From an uncultured Acidimicrobiia bacterium (lineage in GTDB: Bacteria; Acidobacteriota; Terriglobia; Versatilivoradales; Versatilivoraceae), in the NCBI GenBank assembly GCA_963786955.1, contig CAWBAT010000005.1:1164127-1228126 (forward strand): 64,000 bases of DNA. The letters are read 5' to 3'. How positions within the stretch are numbered: the stretch's first letter is position 1; every line of letters starts with the position of its first letter. The notes under the pieces were generated by a model that did not search any database, was not told the DNA's origin, and saw only the letters and a list, made by a program, of their open reading frames with translations. This document shows, piece by piece, positions 9,513-19,702 of this stretch. The position numbers were made by a program, and so were the translations under genes.

Positions 9513-10163
9513 GTGTCACAGATCTTTCATCGCAGCACCAATACAATTTCACGAGTCACCATTTTTGGGGCGATCTTCATTATCGCTGCACTCTTGACTG
9601 TGGCGCTCATGATTAATCGTTCCGGATACGTTACACAAGCCGACGTCCCTCGCGAGCAACCTGTACCTTTCAGCCACCAGCACCACGTGGGAGGAATTGG
9701 GATCGATTGTCGTTATTGTCACACGACTGTTGAAATTTCCCATTCCGCTAATATTCCGTCTACAAAGATTTGCATGAACTGTCATTCCCAAATATGGACG
9801 ACAAGTCCAACTCTCGAGCCCGTTCGTGAAAGCTTTCGCAAAGACAAATCTATTCCCTGGATTCGCGTTCACGATTTGCCGGATTACGCCTATTTCAACC
9901 ATAGCATTCACGTGAACAAAGGCGTTGGATGTTCAACCTGCCATGGGCGCGTGGATCGCATGCCGCTGGTTTGGCAACATGCCTCACTCCAGATGGAATG
10001 GTGTCTGGATTGCCATCGTCAGCCGGAAAAATATGTGCGACCTCGTGAAGAGGTGTTTGATATGGAGTACCAGCCGCCTGCAGACCAAATTGAGTTGGGC
10101 AGGAGACTCGTGAAGGAATACAAAATCCAAAGCTTAACACACTGTTCCACTTGCCACCGATGA
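9513..10163 (+). CDS. actA: Alternative Complex III subunit ActA (pentahaem cytochrome c)
   Basis: N-terminal TM anchor. Five CxxCH motifs (CRYCH, CMNCH, CSTCH, CLDCH, CSTCH). Confidence 0.85.
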   Translation: MSQIFHRSTNTISRVTIFGAIFIIAALLTVALMINRSGYVTQADVPREQPVPFSHQHHVGGIGIDCRYCHTTVEISHSANIPSTKICMNCHSQIWTTSPTLEPVRESFRKDKSIPWIRVHDLPDYAYFNHSIHVNKGVGCSTCHGRVDRMPLVWQHASLQMEWCLDCHRQPEKYVRPREEVFDMEYQPPADQIELGRRLVKEYKIQSLTHCSTCHR

Positions 10164-13100
10164 CAAGAAACCACAGTCTTATAGACCTGGCTTCCGTCCG
10201 GTCGAAATTGAATCAGACCCAAGGACAAGCGTATTGGCGAAGCCTGGAAGAATTGGCAGACACCCCTGGATTTCAGGAATACCTGTATCGAGAATTCCCG
10301 CAGAACGTCGATCAGTGGATCGATCCGGTTGGCCGCCGCCGTTTCCTTCAATTGATGGGTGCCTCCCTTGCCTTGGCAGGCTTGACAGGCTGCACCAAGC
10401 AACCCGCTGAACACATTATGCCCTATGTCAAGGCTCCCGAAGAAATCGTGCCCGGCAAACCGTTGTTCTTTGCCACCGCCCGGCCTCATATGGGGTTTAC
10501 TGAAGGGCTGCTCGTTGAAAGCCATATGGGACGCCCCACCAAGATCGAAGGCAATCCTGAACACCCTGCCAGTCTTGGATCCACAGACGTGCTCTCGCAG
10601 GCTTCTATTCTGACGCTTTACGATCCGGATCGCTCCCAAGCGGTCACACAATACGGAGAAATTCGCTCCTACCCATCCTTTCTTGGCGAAATGAGGAATA
10701 CGGTTTCACTCCTTAAGGGGAGCCAAGGGGCGGGCCTCCGAATTCTGACAGAATCCACTACCTCGCCTTCACTGGCGGCCCAAATCAAAGACCTATTGGC
10801 CCTTTATCCCCTAGCTAGATGGCACCAATATGACGCTGTGAGTCGTGATATGGCTCGCAAAGGGGCCCTCATGGCATTCGGGGAGCACCTCGATACACGT
10901 TATGATTTTTCCAAAGCGAATGTAGTGCTTTCTCTCGATGCAGACTTCCTGACAGATAATCCCGGACGTCTGCGGTATACGCGCGATTTTGTCTCTCGGC
11001 GACGTGTTCGCGAAGGCCAATTCGAGATGAATCGCCTCTACGTTGTTGAGCCCACGCCCACCAACACCGGATCGATGGCGGACCATCGTCTGCCTATGAG
11101 CGCTGGAGACGTTGAGAAATTTGCCTGGGCGCTTGTTCAGGAATTAGGCATCCCGGTTCAAAAGAAGAATTTAGAGGGAGCGCCCGGCGCTGCCTGGATC
11201 GCTCCGCTTGCAAAGGATTTGCGACTAAACTCGGGGAAATCGATTGTCATTCCAGGAGAACATCAGTCCCCGACAGTTCATCTCTTGACTCACGCCATGA
11301 ACCAGTTTCTCGGGAATATCGACAGTACTGTTTTTCATACCGATCCCGTGGAAGCCGATCCTACCGACCAATTCGCCTCGTTGCGCGATCTCGTGCGCTC
11401 GATGGAAGCAGGAAGTGTTGATACATTGCTCATTCTCGGGGGCAATCCCGTCTATACGACGCCCGCCGACTTAAATTTTGCGGACGCCCTAACCAAAGTA
11501 AAACTGCGAATTCATTTGGGCCTATACAACGATGAAACAGCATTCCTCTGCCATTGGCACATCCCAGAAGCCCATTTCCTTGAGTCCTGGAGCGACGGGC
11601 GGGCATACGATGGTACGCTTAGTATTTTACAGCCGTTGATTGCTCCTCTCTATGATGGCAAAACGTCACACGAATTGCTCGCTGCTTTCACGACCAGGCC
11701 CGACCGATCCAGTTATGAAATTCTGCGAGATTATTGGAGGAGAAATTGGCCAGGCGCCGCTGTTCCAAAAGACACAAGGCAATCCAAAGTGCCGTCCACT
11801 CAGGCGGAGGGGTTCGATCATTTTGAGCGGCAATGGCGGCAAGCGATCCACGACGGGTTTATTGCCGGAACGGCTTTGCCCGCGAAGAAGACTTCGATGG
11901 ACGCCGGCCTGGTAAATCAACTGCAGCCGACCGCAATTTCCAGCAATCAAGCCAACAGCCAACTTGAGATCATTTTCCGTCCAGATCCGCACATTTTCGA
12001 CGGTCATTTCGCCAATAATGGCTGGCTGCAAGAATTACCCAAACCTCATACCCGGCTCACTTGGGATAATGCGGCTCTCGTGAGCCCAGCTACCGCACAG
12101 AAGCTGCGACTGAATAATGAAGAGCTGGTTGAATTGAGTTACCAGGGACGTAAGGTTGAAGCGGCCGTATGGATTTTGCCCGGTCAGAGTCCGAATTCAG
12201 TCACCCTTCATTTGGGATATGGCCGGACGTGGACAGGGCGAGTAGGTAAAGGGGCCGGATTCAATGCCTACTTGCTCCGCACCACGGATACAGCGTCGTT
12301 TGGTTCTGGCTTAGAGATTCGGAAAACCGGCAAGCACTACCCATTGGCCTGTACACAGCATCATTCCAGCATGGAAGGGCGTAACCTTGTCCGTGCCGGA
12401 ACGCTTGAGGAGTTCAAGCAGAATCCTGATTTCGTTCAGGAGATGGGAGAGAATCGTCCCAACAGTCTTTCCGTGTACCCGGCATTCAAATACGAGGGAA
12501 ACGCCTGGGGGATGGTGATCGACTTAAATGCATGCACAGGCTGCAACGCCTGTACTATCGCCTGCCAGTCCGAAAATAACATTCCGGTTGTCGGGAAAGA
12601 ACAAGTCGTCATTGGTCGCGAGATGCACTGGATTCGGGTGGATCGTTACTTCAAAGGCGAACTGGACAACCCCGAAACCTATAACCAACCTGTTCCTTGC
12701 ATGCAGTGTGAAAATGCTCCGTGCGAAGTCGTTTGCCCTGTGGGTGCCACTTCGCATAGCCCGGAAGGGCTAAATGATATGACTTATAACCGTTGTGTGG
12801 GTACGCGTTATTGTCTCAATAATTGCCCTTACAAGGTGAGACGCTTCAATTTCCTGCTCTATTCGGATTTTGAAACGCCAAGCCTGAAGCTGGGTCGAAA
12901 TCCGGACGTCACCGTTCGATCGCGTGGAGTCATGGAGAAATGCACGTACTGCGTGCAAAGGATTAATGTGGCCAAAATCAATGCGGAAAAGGGAAATCGG
13001 CCCATTCGCGATGGAGAAATTGTGACCGCTTGCGAAGCCGTGTGTCCTGCTAAAGCCATTACCTTCGGGAATCTCAATGACCCGGCGAGTCGTGTGACTC

Positions 13101-13210
13101 GCCTCAAAGCTGAAAAACTGAATTATGGCCTGTTGGCCGATCTCAATACCCGGCCCAGAACGACGTATCTGGGACGATTGAGGAATCCGAATCCGGAGAT
13201 GATCCTCTAA
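10151..13210 (+). CDS. actB: Alternative Complex III subunit ActB (fused molybdopterin-like and 4Fe-4S ferredoxin domains)
   Basis: TAT signal RRRFLQLMGASLALAGLTGC. About 1019 aa. C-terminal Cys clusters (CTGCNACTIAC, CMQCENAPCEVVCP, CLNNCPYK). Overlaps the actA stop. Confidence 0.9.
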   Translation: MPPMTRNHSLIDLASVRSKLNQTQGQAYWRSLEELADTPGFQEYLYREFPQNVDQWIDPVGRRRFLQLMGASLALAGLTGCTKQPAEHIMPYVKAPEEIVPGKPLFFATARPHMGFTEGLLVESHMGRPTKIEGNPEHPASLGSTDVLSQASILTLYDPDRSQAVTQYGEIRSYPSFLGEMRNTVSLLKGSQGAGLRILTESTTSPSLAAQIKDLLALYPLARWHQYDAVSRDMARKGALMAFGEHLDTRYDFSKANVVLSLDADFLTDNPGRLRYTRDFVSRRRVREGQFEMNRLYVVEPTPTNTGSMADHRLPMSAGDVEKFAWALVQELGIPVQKKNLEGAPGAAWIAPLAKDLRLNSGKSIVIPGEHQSPTVHLLTHAMNQFLGNIDSTVFHTDPVEADPTDQFASLRDLVRSMEAGSVDTLLILGGNPVYTTPADLNFADALTKVKLRIHLGLYNDETAFLCHWHIPEAHFLESWSDGRAYDGTLSILQPLIAPLYDGKTSHELLAAFTTRPDRSSYEILRDYWRRNWPGAAVPKDTRQSKVPSTQAEGFDHFERQWRQAIHDGFIAGTALPAKKTSMDAGLVNQLQPTAISSNQANSQLEIIFRPDPHIFDGHFANNGWLQELPKPHTRLTWDNAALVSPATAQKLRLNNEELVELSYQGRKVEAAVWILPGQSPNSVTLHLGYGRTWTGRVGKGAGFNAYLLRTTDTASFGSGLEIRKTGKHYPLACTQHHSSMEGRNLVRAGTLEEFKQNPDFVQEMGENRPNSLSVYPAFKYEGNAWGMVIDLNACTGCNACTIACQSENNIPVVGKEQVVIGREMHWIRVDRYFKGELDNPETYNQPVPCMQCENAPCEVVCPVGATSHSPEGLNDMTYNRCVGTRYCLNNCPYKVRRFNFLLYSDFETPSLKLGRNPDVTVRSRGVMEKCTYCVQRINVAKINAEKGNRPIRDGEIVTACEAVCPAKAITFGNLNDPASRVTRLKAEKLNYGLLADLNTRPRTTYLGRLRNPNPEMIL

Positions 13211-13263
13211 AGAGGCTTCAAGTTCCTATGGGCAGAAGCGCCTGAATTATTTCACCTGAACTC

Positions 13264-14649
13264 ATGAATCAAGATCAATCCAGTCCGACAACCACCCATT
13301 TGACAGAGACGGCACCTATCATTGAGCCGGGCTATACTTTTGCCTCCGTGACGGACAAGATCAGCGCTGTTGTCTTGACTCATCGGACCCCGCGAGGCTG
13401 GTATTTTGGTTTCGGAATCGGCTTCATCCTGGTCATGCTGCTCCTCACGACGATCGGCCGGCTTCTGGTTGTCGGAACTGGCATTTGGGGCGTAACGAAT
13501 CCTGTTGGTTGGGGATTTGACATCATCAATTTTGTCTGGTGGATTGGCATCGGACATGCCGGCACTCTGATCTCGGCCATCCTCTTGCTTCTGCGTCAGG
13601 AATGGCGGACTTCGATTAATCGGTTTGCGGAGGCCATGACTCTCTTTGCAGTTGCCTGTGCGGCACTCTATCCCTTGTTGCACACCGGCAGACCTTGGTT
13701 GGCCATCTACTGGCTCTTCCCCTATCCCAACACCATGGGACTCTGGCCGCAATTCCGCAGTCCACTCATCTGGGACGTTTTCGCGGTTTCGACGTACGCA
13801 ACAGTCTCCTTGCTCTTTTGGTTTGTTGGATTGATCCCGGACCTGGCTACACTCCGAGATCGTTCCCCCAACCGTTTTGGACGAATCCTGTTTGGGATTT
13901 TGGCCATGGGATGGCGCGGGTCAGCCCGCCACTGGACTCGTTATGAAGCGGCCTATTTGCTTCTGGCGGGCTTATCTACCCCCCTTGTCCTATCGGTCCA
14001 CTCGATCGTTAGTTTTGACTTCGCGGTCTCCGTGATCCCGGGCTGGCATGCAACCATTTTCCCGCCCTACTTTGTTGCGGGCGCCGTTTTCGCGGGGTTT
14101 GCCATGGTGCTTATTTTGGCGATTCCCATTCGGAAATTCTACGGTTTGGAAGATTTCATTACCCTGCGGCATCTCGATAACATGGCCAAGATTCTTTTGG
14201 TGACGGGCCTGATCGTGTCTTACGGCTATATGATGGAAGCCTTTTTCGGCTGGTACAGTGCGAATCCTTACGAGAGTTATATGATCTTGAATCGGATGAA
14301 AGGTCCTTATGCCTTCTTTTACTGGGTATTGATTTTCTGCAATGTTGTGGCACCGCAAGTTTTTTGGTCGAAACGCATGCGGACAAACATTGCTGTGCTG
14401 TTTACCGTCTCCATTATTGTCAGCGTCGGAATGTGGCTGGAGCGCTTCATCATTGTCGTGACGAGCCTCAGTCGTGATTTCTTACCGTCGTCTTGGGGAA
14501 TGTACTATCCGACTCGCTGGGATTTTGGAATGTTCTTCGGAACCATCGGCCTGTTTGTCAGCCTTTTGTTTTTGTTCCTGCGCTTTCTACCGATGATCTC
14601 AATTTTTGAAATGCGCACGATTCTCCCGCAAGCAGAGGTCAAGGAATAG
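13264..14649 (+). CDS. actC: Alternative Complex III subunit ActC (NrfD/PsrC-like membrane subunit)
   Basis: 461 aa polytopic membrane protein directly after actB; NrfD-like. Confidence 0.85.
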   Translation: MNQDQSSPTTTHLTETAPIIEPGYTFASVTDKISAVVLTHRTPRGWYFGFGIGFILVMLLLTTIGRLLVVGTGIWGVTNPVGWGFDIINFVWWIGIGHAGTLISAILLLLRQEWRTSINRFAEAMTLFAVACAALYPLLHTGRPWLAIYWLFPYPNTMGLWPQFRSPLIWDVFAVSTYATVSLLFWFVGLIPDLATLRDRSPNRFGRILFGILAMGWRGSARHWTRYEAAYLLLAGLSTPLVLSVHSIVSFDFAVSVIPGWHATIFPPYFVAGAVFAGFAMVLILAIPIRKFYGLEDFITLRHLDNMAKILLVTGLIVSYGYMMEAFFGWYSANPYESYMILNRMKGPYAFFYWVLIFCNVVAPQVFWSKRMRTNIAVLFTVSIIVSVGMWLERFIIVVTSLSRDFLPSSWGMYYPTRWDFGMFFGTIGLFVSLLFLFLRFLPMISIFEMRTILPQAEVKE

Positions 14650-14702
14650 AAAGGCAGGCCTTCGTTGAGTCATATGAAACGAGAACCACTGGAGTTCAAC
14701 GT

Positions 14703-15245
14703 TTGATGCGGTCGAGATCTTCTCTTTACGGATTAATGGCGGAATTTGACAGTGCCACGTCATTGGTGGCTGCTGCAAAACGCACCCGTGACTATGGGTA
14801 TAAGAAAATGGATGCGTATTCGCCATTTCCCATTGAAGAGTTAAGTGAAGCCATTGGGTTTCACGATTGGCGCCTGCCGTTCATTGTTCTTTGCGGAGGC
14901 ATAATGGGCTGCCTTGCCGGCTTCTTTTTCCAATATTGGACGACTGTGGTGGATTATCCGGTGAATATTGGCGGTCGCCCTTTGTTTAGTTGGCCGTCGT
15001 TTATTCCGGTAACCTTTGAGACGACCGTGCTGGGAGCCTCCCTCGGGGCGGTCCTGGGGATGTTAGGTCTCAATGGTTTGCCGATGCCCTATCACCCGGT
15101 CTTCAACGTGTCCAGGTTCGCGCTTGCGAGCCGCGATCGTTTCTTCTTATGTATTGAGGCACGGGATCCAAAATTTGATCAGGAGGCCACTCGACGATTT
15201 CTCGAGTCGCTGGGACCACGCATTGTTCATGAAGTCCCCCATTGA
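14703..15245 (+). CDS. actD: Alternative Complex III subunit ActD
   Basis: YGLMAEFDSATSLVAAAKRTRDYGY N-terminus typical of ActD (DUF3341) plus TM helices; correct position in the operon. Confidence 0.75.
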   Translation: MMRSRSSLYGLMAEFDSATSLVAAAKRTRDYGYKKMDAYSPFPIEELSEAIGFHDWRLPFIVLCGGIMGCLAGFFFQYWTTVVDYPVNIGGRPLFSWPSFIPVTFETTVLGASLGAVLGMLGLNGLPMPYHPVFNVSRFALASRDRFFLCIEARDPKFDQEATRRFLESLGPRIVHEVPH

Positions 15246-15248
15246 TTT

Positions 15249-15986
15249 GTGATGAAGAGCATCGTGCGTTTTATGAATTGCGCCAAACAATTCAAGAGCC
15301 GGTCTGGCCTATGGGCTAATGAGAACATGGGCCAGTTCTGCCTGAACTCTTTTTCTACTTCTCGAGCTCTGTCTCCGTTCTTGCTGGTCCTGGGATTGAC
15401 GATCCTGACCGGTTGTCGTCAGGACATGCAAAATCAACCCAAATACAAAGCGCTGGCTCCCAGCAGTTTTTTCTCAGACGGACGTTCTGCGCGACCACTG
15501 GTGTCTGGAACGGTGGCCAGAGGGGATCTCCGAGAAGATACGGATCTCTACCTGGGTAAAGTTGATGGAAAGCTGGTCGATGCATTCCCCTTTCCTGTGA
15601 CCAAGCAGATCCTGGAACGAGGGCAGGAACGTTACAATATTTATTGCGTTCCCTGCCACGACCGGGTTGGAAATGGGCAGGGGATGGTTGTGAAGCGGGG
15701 GTTTCGGCCCCCACCGTCCTACCATATTGAACGTTTGAGGCAAGCTCCGGCAGGATATTTTTATGATGTGATCACGAATGGGTTTGGCGCGATGCAGGAC
15801 TATTCCGTGCAGGTCCCAGTTCGAGACCGATGGGCGATCGTGGCGTATATTCGAGTGTTGCAGTTAAGCCAACATGCCAGCCTGAATGACGTGGCCGAAG
15901 CAGATCGCAATAAGTTGAATGGAGAAGCCGGTTCCCGGTCCACACCGCCGCATCCCCAGGAAAACCATGGGTCAATTGGTGAGTAG
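15249..15986 (+). CDS. actE: Alternative Complex III subunit ActE (monohaem cytochrome c lipoprotein)
   Basis: Lipobox LTGC and a single CVPCHD haem motif. Confidence 0.75.
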   Translation: MMKSIVRFMNCAKQFKSRSGLWANENMGQFCLNSFSTSRALSPFLLVLGLTILTGCRQDMQNQPKYKALAPSSFFSDGRSARPLVSGTVARGDLREDTDLYLGKVDGKLVDAFPFPVTKQILERGQERYNIYCVPCHDRVGNGQGMVVKRGFRPPPSYHIERLRQAPAGYFYDVITNGFGAMQDYSVQVPVRDRWAIVAYIRVLQLSQHASLNDVAEADRNKLNGEAGSRSTPPHPQENHGSIGE

Positions 15987-16013
15987 GTTAAAGACAGGGT
16001 CAAAGGGGTTCTA

Positions 16014-17198
16014 TTGATCGAGATTCAGGATGCAACTCTAAACTTACCCATTCTCCAAAGGGTGCAGAAGCGAAGCTTTGCCGCGGGCGGAATTTTTCTA
16101 GCCTTGTGCATTGGGGGTGCCATATCAAACCCCGACCAATTTTTTCGATCCTACTTATTTGCCTTCGTCTTTTGGAGCGGGATTCCACTGGGTTCCCTGG
16201 CGATCCTGATGCTTCAATACCTTACGGGGGGCGCATGGGGGATCATGATACGGCGGTTGCTTGAAGCCTCAACGCGCACATTGCCGATCTTGGCTGCACT
16301 GTTCGTCCCAATCTTTTTCGGGATGCAGCACCTCTATGAGTGGGCCCAGCCTGAAAAGGTGAAAGCCGACAAGATCTTGCAGCATAAGGCCCCTTATTTG
16401 AATATCCCTTTTTTTGCCTTGAGAACCGTCGTGTACTTTCTGGCGTGGTACAGCCTGATTTACTTTTTCAATAAGTGGTCGCAGCAACAGGATGACAACA
16501 AGGCGGCCCGGACAAAATTCAACGCGGAGAGTCTGAGCGGCCCTGGGCTTGTTATTTTTGGGGCTACCGCAACTTTTGCTTCTTTCGACTGGGTGATGTC
16601 TCTTGAGCCGCACTGGTATTCCACCATATTTGGCATGTATTACATGATCGGGCAAACCTTAACCACATTTTCTTTTACGATTTTGGTTTTGATCCTGCTG
16701 GCGGAGAGGAAGCCCTTGTCGGAAGTACTCTCACCCGAACACCTCCATGACCTGGGAAAGTTGACCCTTGCCTTCGTAATGATTTGGGCCTACCTGTCCT
16801 TCTCCCAATTCTTGATTATCTGGTCTGGAAATTTGCCGGAAGAAACACCGTATTATTTAAAACGTTTAGCCAACGGCTGGTGGTGGCTGCAACTTGCATT
16901 GATCTTGTTCCACTTTGCACTCCCGTTTATTCTATTGCTCTCACGGAGCTTGAAGAGGGCTCCTCGGCAGCTGATTAAAGTGGCGTCTTTGATCCTCTTC
17001 ATGAGATTGATTGATTTGTTCCTCCTGATAGCCCCTACTGGACACGATGGGCATTTCCGCATCCATTGGATGGATCTGGCTGCGCTCTTGGGAATCGGTG
17101 GCGTCTGGTTGGGAGTATTCTGCAGGACCTTGATTGCCCGACCAGTGCTTCCAGTTCATGATCCTGCGTTTGAGGAGGCGCTGCAAGGTGGCCACTAA
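16014..17198 (+). CDS. actF: Alternative Complex III subunit ActF (second NrfD-like membrane subunit)
   Basis: 394 aa polytopic membrane protein in the correct operon position. Confidence 0.8.
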   Translation: MIEIQDATLNLPILQRVQKRSFAAGGIFLALCIGGAISNPDQFFRSYLFAFVFWSGIPLGSLAILMLQYLTGGAWGIMIRRLLEASTRTLPILAALFVPIFFGMQHLYEWAQPEKVKADKILQHKAPYLNIPFFALRTVVYFLAWYSLIYFFNKWSQQQDDNKAARTKFNAESLSGPGLVIFGATATFASFDWVMSLEPHWYSTIFGMYYMIGQTLTTFSFTILVLILLAERKPLSEVLSPEHLHDLGKLTLAFVMIWAYLSFSQFLIIWSGNLPEETPYYLKRLANGWWWLQLALILFHFALPFILLLSRSLKRAPRQLIKVASLILFMRLIDLFLLIAPTGHDGHFRIHWMDLAALLGIGGVWLGVFCRTLIARPVLPVHDPAFEEALQGGH

Positions 17199-17661
17199 GC
17201 ACGGAAATCTTGAGCAGATACCGCCTGAAAGCCAACATGAAGCTAGTGATGTCAGCGCTAGGCCTATCTTCTACTTTGCCATTGCTCTTGTCATTCTCAT
17301 CATTTTTACCGTGATCTCGATGAAGGGGCTCTTCAATTTTCTTGATCAAGAAGCCGATCGCTCTGACACGCAGCTTTCCGGTGTTGCCTTCGAGCGCCCC
17401 ACACTGCCCCCCTTACCTCGTTTGGAGTCGGATCCGGTTGCTGTTCGAAGACAATTTTTCCAAAATGAAAAGAAAATCATTGAGAGTTATGGCTGGGTAG
17501 ATCAGAAACAGGGTATTGTGCGAGTTCCAATCAATCGGGCTATGGAATTACTGGTTGAGCGGGGTTTGCCAGTGAGGGCTGAGGCCAAAGTGAACCCAAG
17601 CAGTGAGCAATCTCGAGAGCCGGGAAAGTTAGAAGCAGAGAAAAGCCCAGCTGGAAAGTAG
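17188..17661 (+). CDS. ActG-like small membrane-anchored protein (tentative)
   Basis: GTG at 17188 overlaps the actF stop by 11 nt. Single TM helix (IFYFAIALVILIIFTVI) then a soluble tail with the motif GWVDQKQGIVRVPINRAMELL. The ORF-track start at 17134 would overlap actF by 65 nt. Confidence 0.4.
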   Translation: MATKHGNLEQIPPESQHEASDVSARPIFYFAIALVILIIFTVISMKGLFNFLDQEADRSDTQLSGVAFERPTLPPLPRLESDPVAVRRQFFQNEKKIIESYGWVDQKQGIVRVPINRAMELLVERGLPVRAEAKVNPSSEQSREPGKLEAEKSPAGK

Positions 17662-17850
17662 GTGAGAGGAAACATGTTACGAAGTCACTACGAGTACGAA
17701 TCGATAAGACAGGCATTCAGGCGATTTTCATCTCTGGTCCCGCCGGGGAGAGAGGCGCGTTGTCGCTCAGTTTCTTCGCCCCTTCAGCGATGGAGGAAAA
17801 TAGTGACTTTCTCGCTCCCCTCGAGTTTTCGAGTCCTCAAATTGTTTTTC

Positions 17851-18654
17851 ATGGCTTGCCTTTTCATTTTCAGGGGAACGAGCCTAACGGCGTCGACCCT
17901 TCAGCCGGCCCCAAACCAGCTCCCCGAAGCTGTGCGCAACGTGGGCATTGATCAGCGGCTCAATGAACAGTTGCCGTTGGATTTGGTGTTTAGGGATGAA
18001 AATGGGAAGGCCGTCCAGCTCGGAGACTATTTTCGGGAAAAGCCCGTTATCTTGACCCTCGTTTATCACGAATGTCCGATGCTCTGCAGTGAAGTGCTGG
18101 ATGGATTACTTCGCACGCTGCGTGTCTTAAAATTCAATATCGGTAAGGATTTCGACGTCATCACCGTGAGTTTTAATCCCGAGGAGGATGCCACGATTGC
18201 CCGATCTGTCAAGGAAACCTACCTGAAGCGATACAGGCGGGAGGGTGCGGAAGCGGGATGGCATTTTCTGACTGGAGAACAACCTTCCATTGAGAAGTTA
18301 ACGAAAGCTGTGGGGTTCCGCTACGGCTATGATTCGGCCAAAAAACTGTATGTCCATGCGGCAGGGATTATGTTGGTGACTCCTCAAGGGCGGTTATCGC
18401 GTTACTTCTATGGAATTGAGTTTCCGGCCAAAGATCTCCGTTTAGGACTGGTTGAGGCCTCACAAAATAAGATCGGTTCAGTAGTAGACCAGGTTCTACT
18501 CTACTGTTACCACTATGATCCGGCCACCGGGACATACGGCCTGGTCATCATGACGATTGTCCGAATACTTGGAATTGCTTTTGTCCTTGGCATGGGGTTA
18601 TGCATCGCTCTCATGTTGCGCCGGGAGAAGGGCGCAAAGTATTTAGTTTCGTAA
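17851..18654 (+). CDS. SCO1/SenC family copper chaperone (thioredoxin-like)
   Basis: CPMLC (CxxxC) motif and HECPMLCSEVLDGL context. N-terminal TM. The ORF is open from 17662, but ATG 17851 gives a plausible signal/anchor. There is also an unusual C-terminal hydrophobic helix. Confidence 0.7.
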   Translation: MACLFIFRGTSLTASTLQPAPNQLPEAVRNVGIDQRLNEQLPLDLVFRDENGKAVQLGDYFREKPVILTLVYHECPMLCSEVLDGLLRTLRVLKFNIGKDFDVITVSFNPEEDATIARSVKETYLKRYRREGAEAGWHFLTGEQPSIEKLTKAVGFRYGYDSAKKLYVHAAGIMLVTPQGRLSRYFYGIEFPAKDLRLGLVEASQNKIGSVVDQVLLYCYHYDPATGTYGLVIMTIVRILGIAFVLGMGLCIALMLRREKGAKYLVS

Positions 18655-18697
18655 TCGCTTTTTCGCATTGAAGTAAGATTCCAAAATACCGATCACT

Positions 18698-19702
18698 ATG
18701 CATTCCGAATTCCCATTATTTCCGGATCAAGCCTCTACGCTGGCCGCTGAAGTGGATCATCTGTACTTCTTTTTGTGCCTGGTCACGCTATTTTTTTCAA
18801 CCCTGATTGCAGGGCTTCTTTTATTCTTCGCAATCCGATTCCGCCGCCGGTCGGAAGTTGAATTGCCTCAGCCGGTCACGGGTTCTTCGACTCTTGAGAT
18901 TCTATGGACTGTGATCCCGTCCATTATTCTCGTGGTGATTTTCTTTTGGAGTGCCAAGATCTACTTCTCTATCGCCCGCCCTCCATCCGATGCCATGCCC
19001 ATTTACGTCGTAGCGAAACAATGGATGTGGAAACTGCAACATCTGGAGGGACAGCGGGAAATCAATGAACTCCATATTCCCGTTAACCGCGCGGTTCGCC
19101 TGATCATGTCGTCTGAAGACGTGATCCACAGTTTTTATGTGCCGGCATTCCGAGTCAAACAGGATGTGCTGCCGGGGCGCTATTCAACCCTCTGGTTCAA
19201 AGGGACGCGACCCGGCGAATACCATCTGTTTTGTGCGGAATATTGCGGGACAAAGCACTCGGGTATGATTGGCAAGGTGGTGGTCATGGAACCGGCTGAT
19301 TTTCAAAATTGGCTGAGTGGAGGCTCTCGCGAGGAATCGATGCAGGTGAGAGGCGAGCGCCTCTTTCAGAACTTTTCTTGCGTCAATTGTCATCACTCGG
19401 ACGGGAAAGGCCGTGGGCCGGCACTCGAAGGGATCTTCGGAAAACCTGTCAGGCTGCAAACCGGCCAAACGATCATTGCCGACGAGAACTATTTGAGAGA
19501 ATCAATCTTGAATCCAAGCCTAAGAGTGGTTGAAGGATACCAACCGCTGATGCCGATGTTTCAAGGCTTAATTAATGAAGATGGACTGGCCCAGATTCTG
19601 GCATACATCAAATCGCTGACCCCTCAGGTTCCAGAGGCTGTCAGCGCCCATGCCACGAAAGATCTGGCCAGACCGAATGAAAGGCAGAATCAAAAACCAT
19701 GA
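18698..19702 (+). CDS. coxB: cytochrome c oxidase subunit II with fused C-terminal cytochrome c domain (caa3-type)
   Basis: CuA ligands (H...CAEYCG..H..M) and a C-terminal CVNCHH haem motif. Confidence 0.85.
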   Translation: MHSEFPLFPDQASTLAAEVDHLYFFLCLVTLFFSTLIAGLLLFFAIRFRRRSEVELPQPVTGSSTLEILWTVIPSIILVVIFFWSAKIYFSIARPPSDAMPIYVVAKQWMWKLQHLEGQREINELHIPVNRAVRLIMSSEDVIHSFYVPAFRVKQDVLPGRYSTLWFKGTRPGEYHLFCAEYCGTKHSGMIGKVVVMEPADFQNWLSGGSREESMQVRGERLFQNFSCVNCHHSDGKGRGPALEGIFGKPVRLQTGQTIIADENYLRESILNPSLRVVEGYQPLMPMFQGLINEDGLAQILAYIKSLTPQVPEAVSAHATKDLARPNERQNQKP

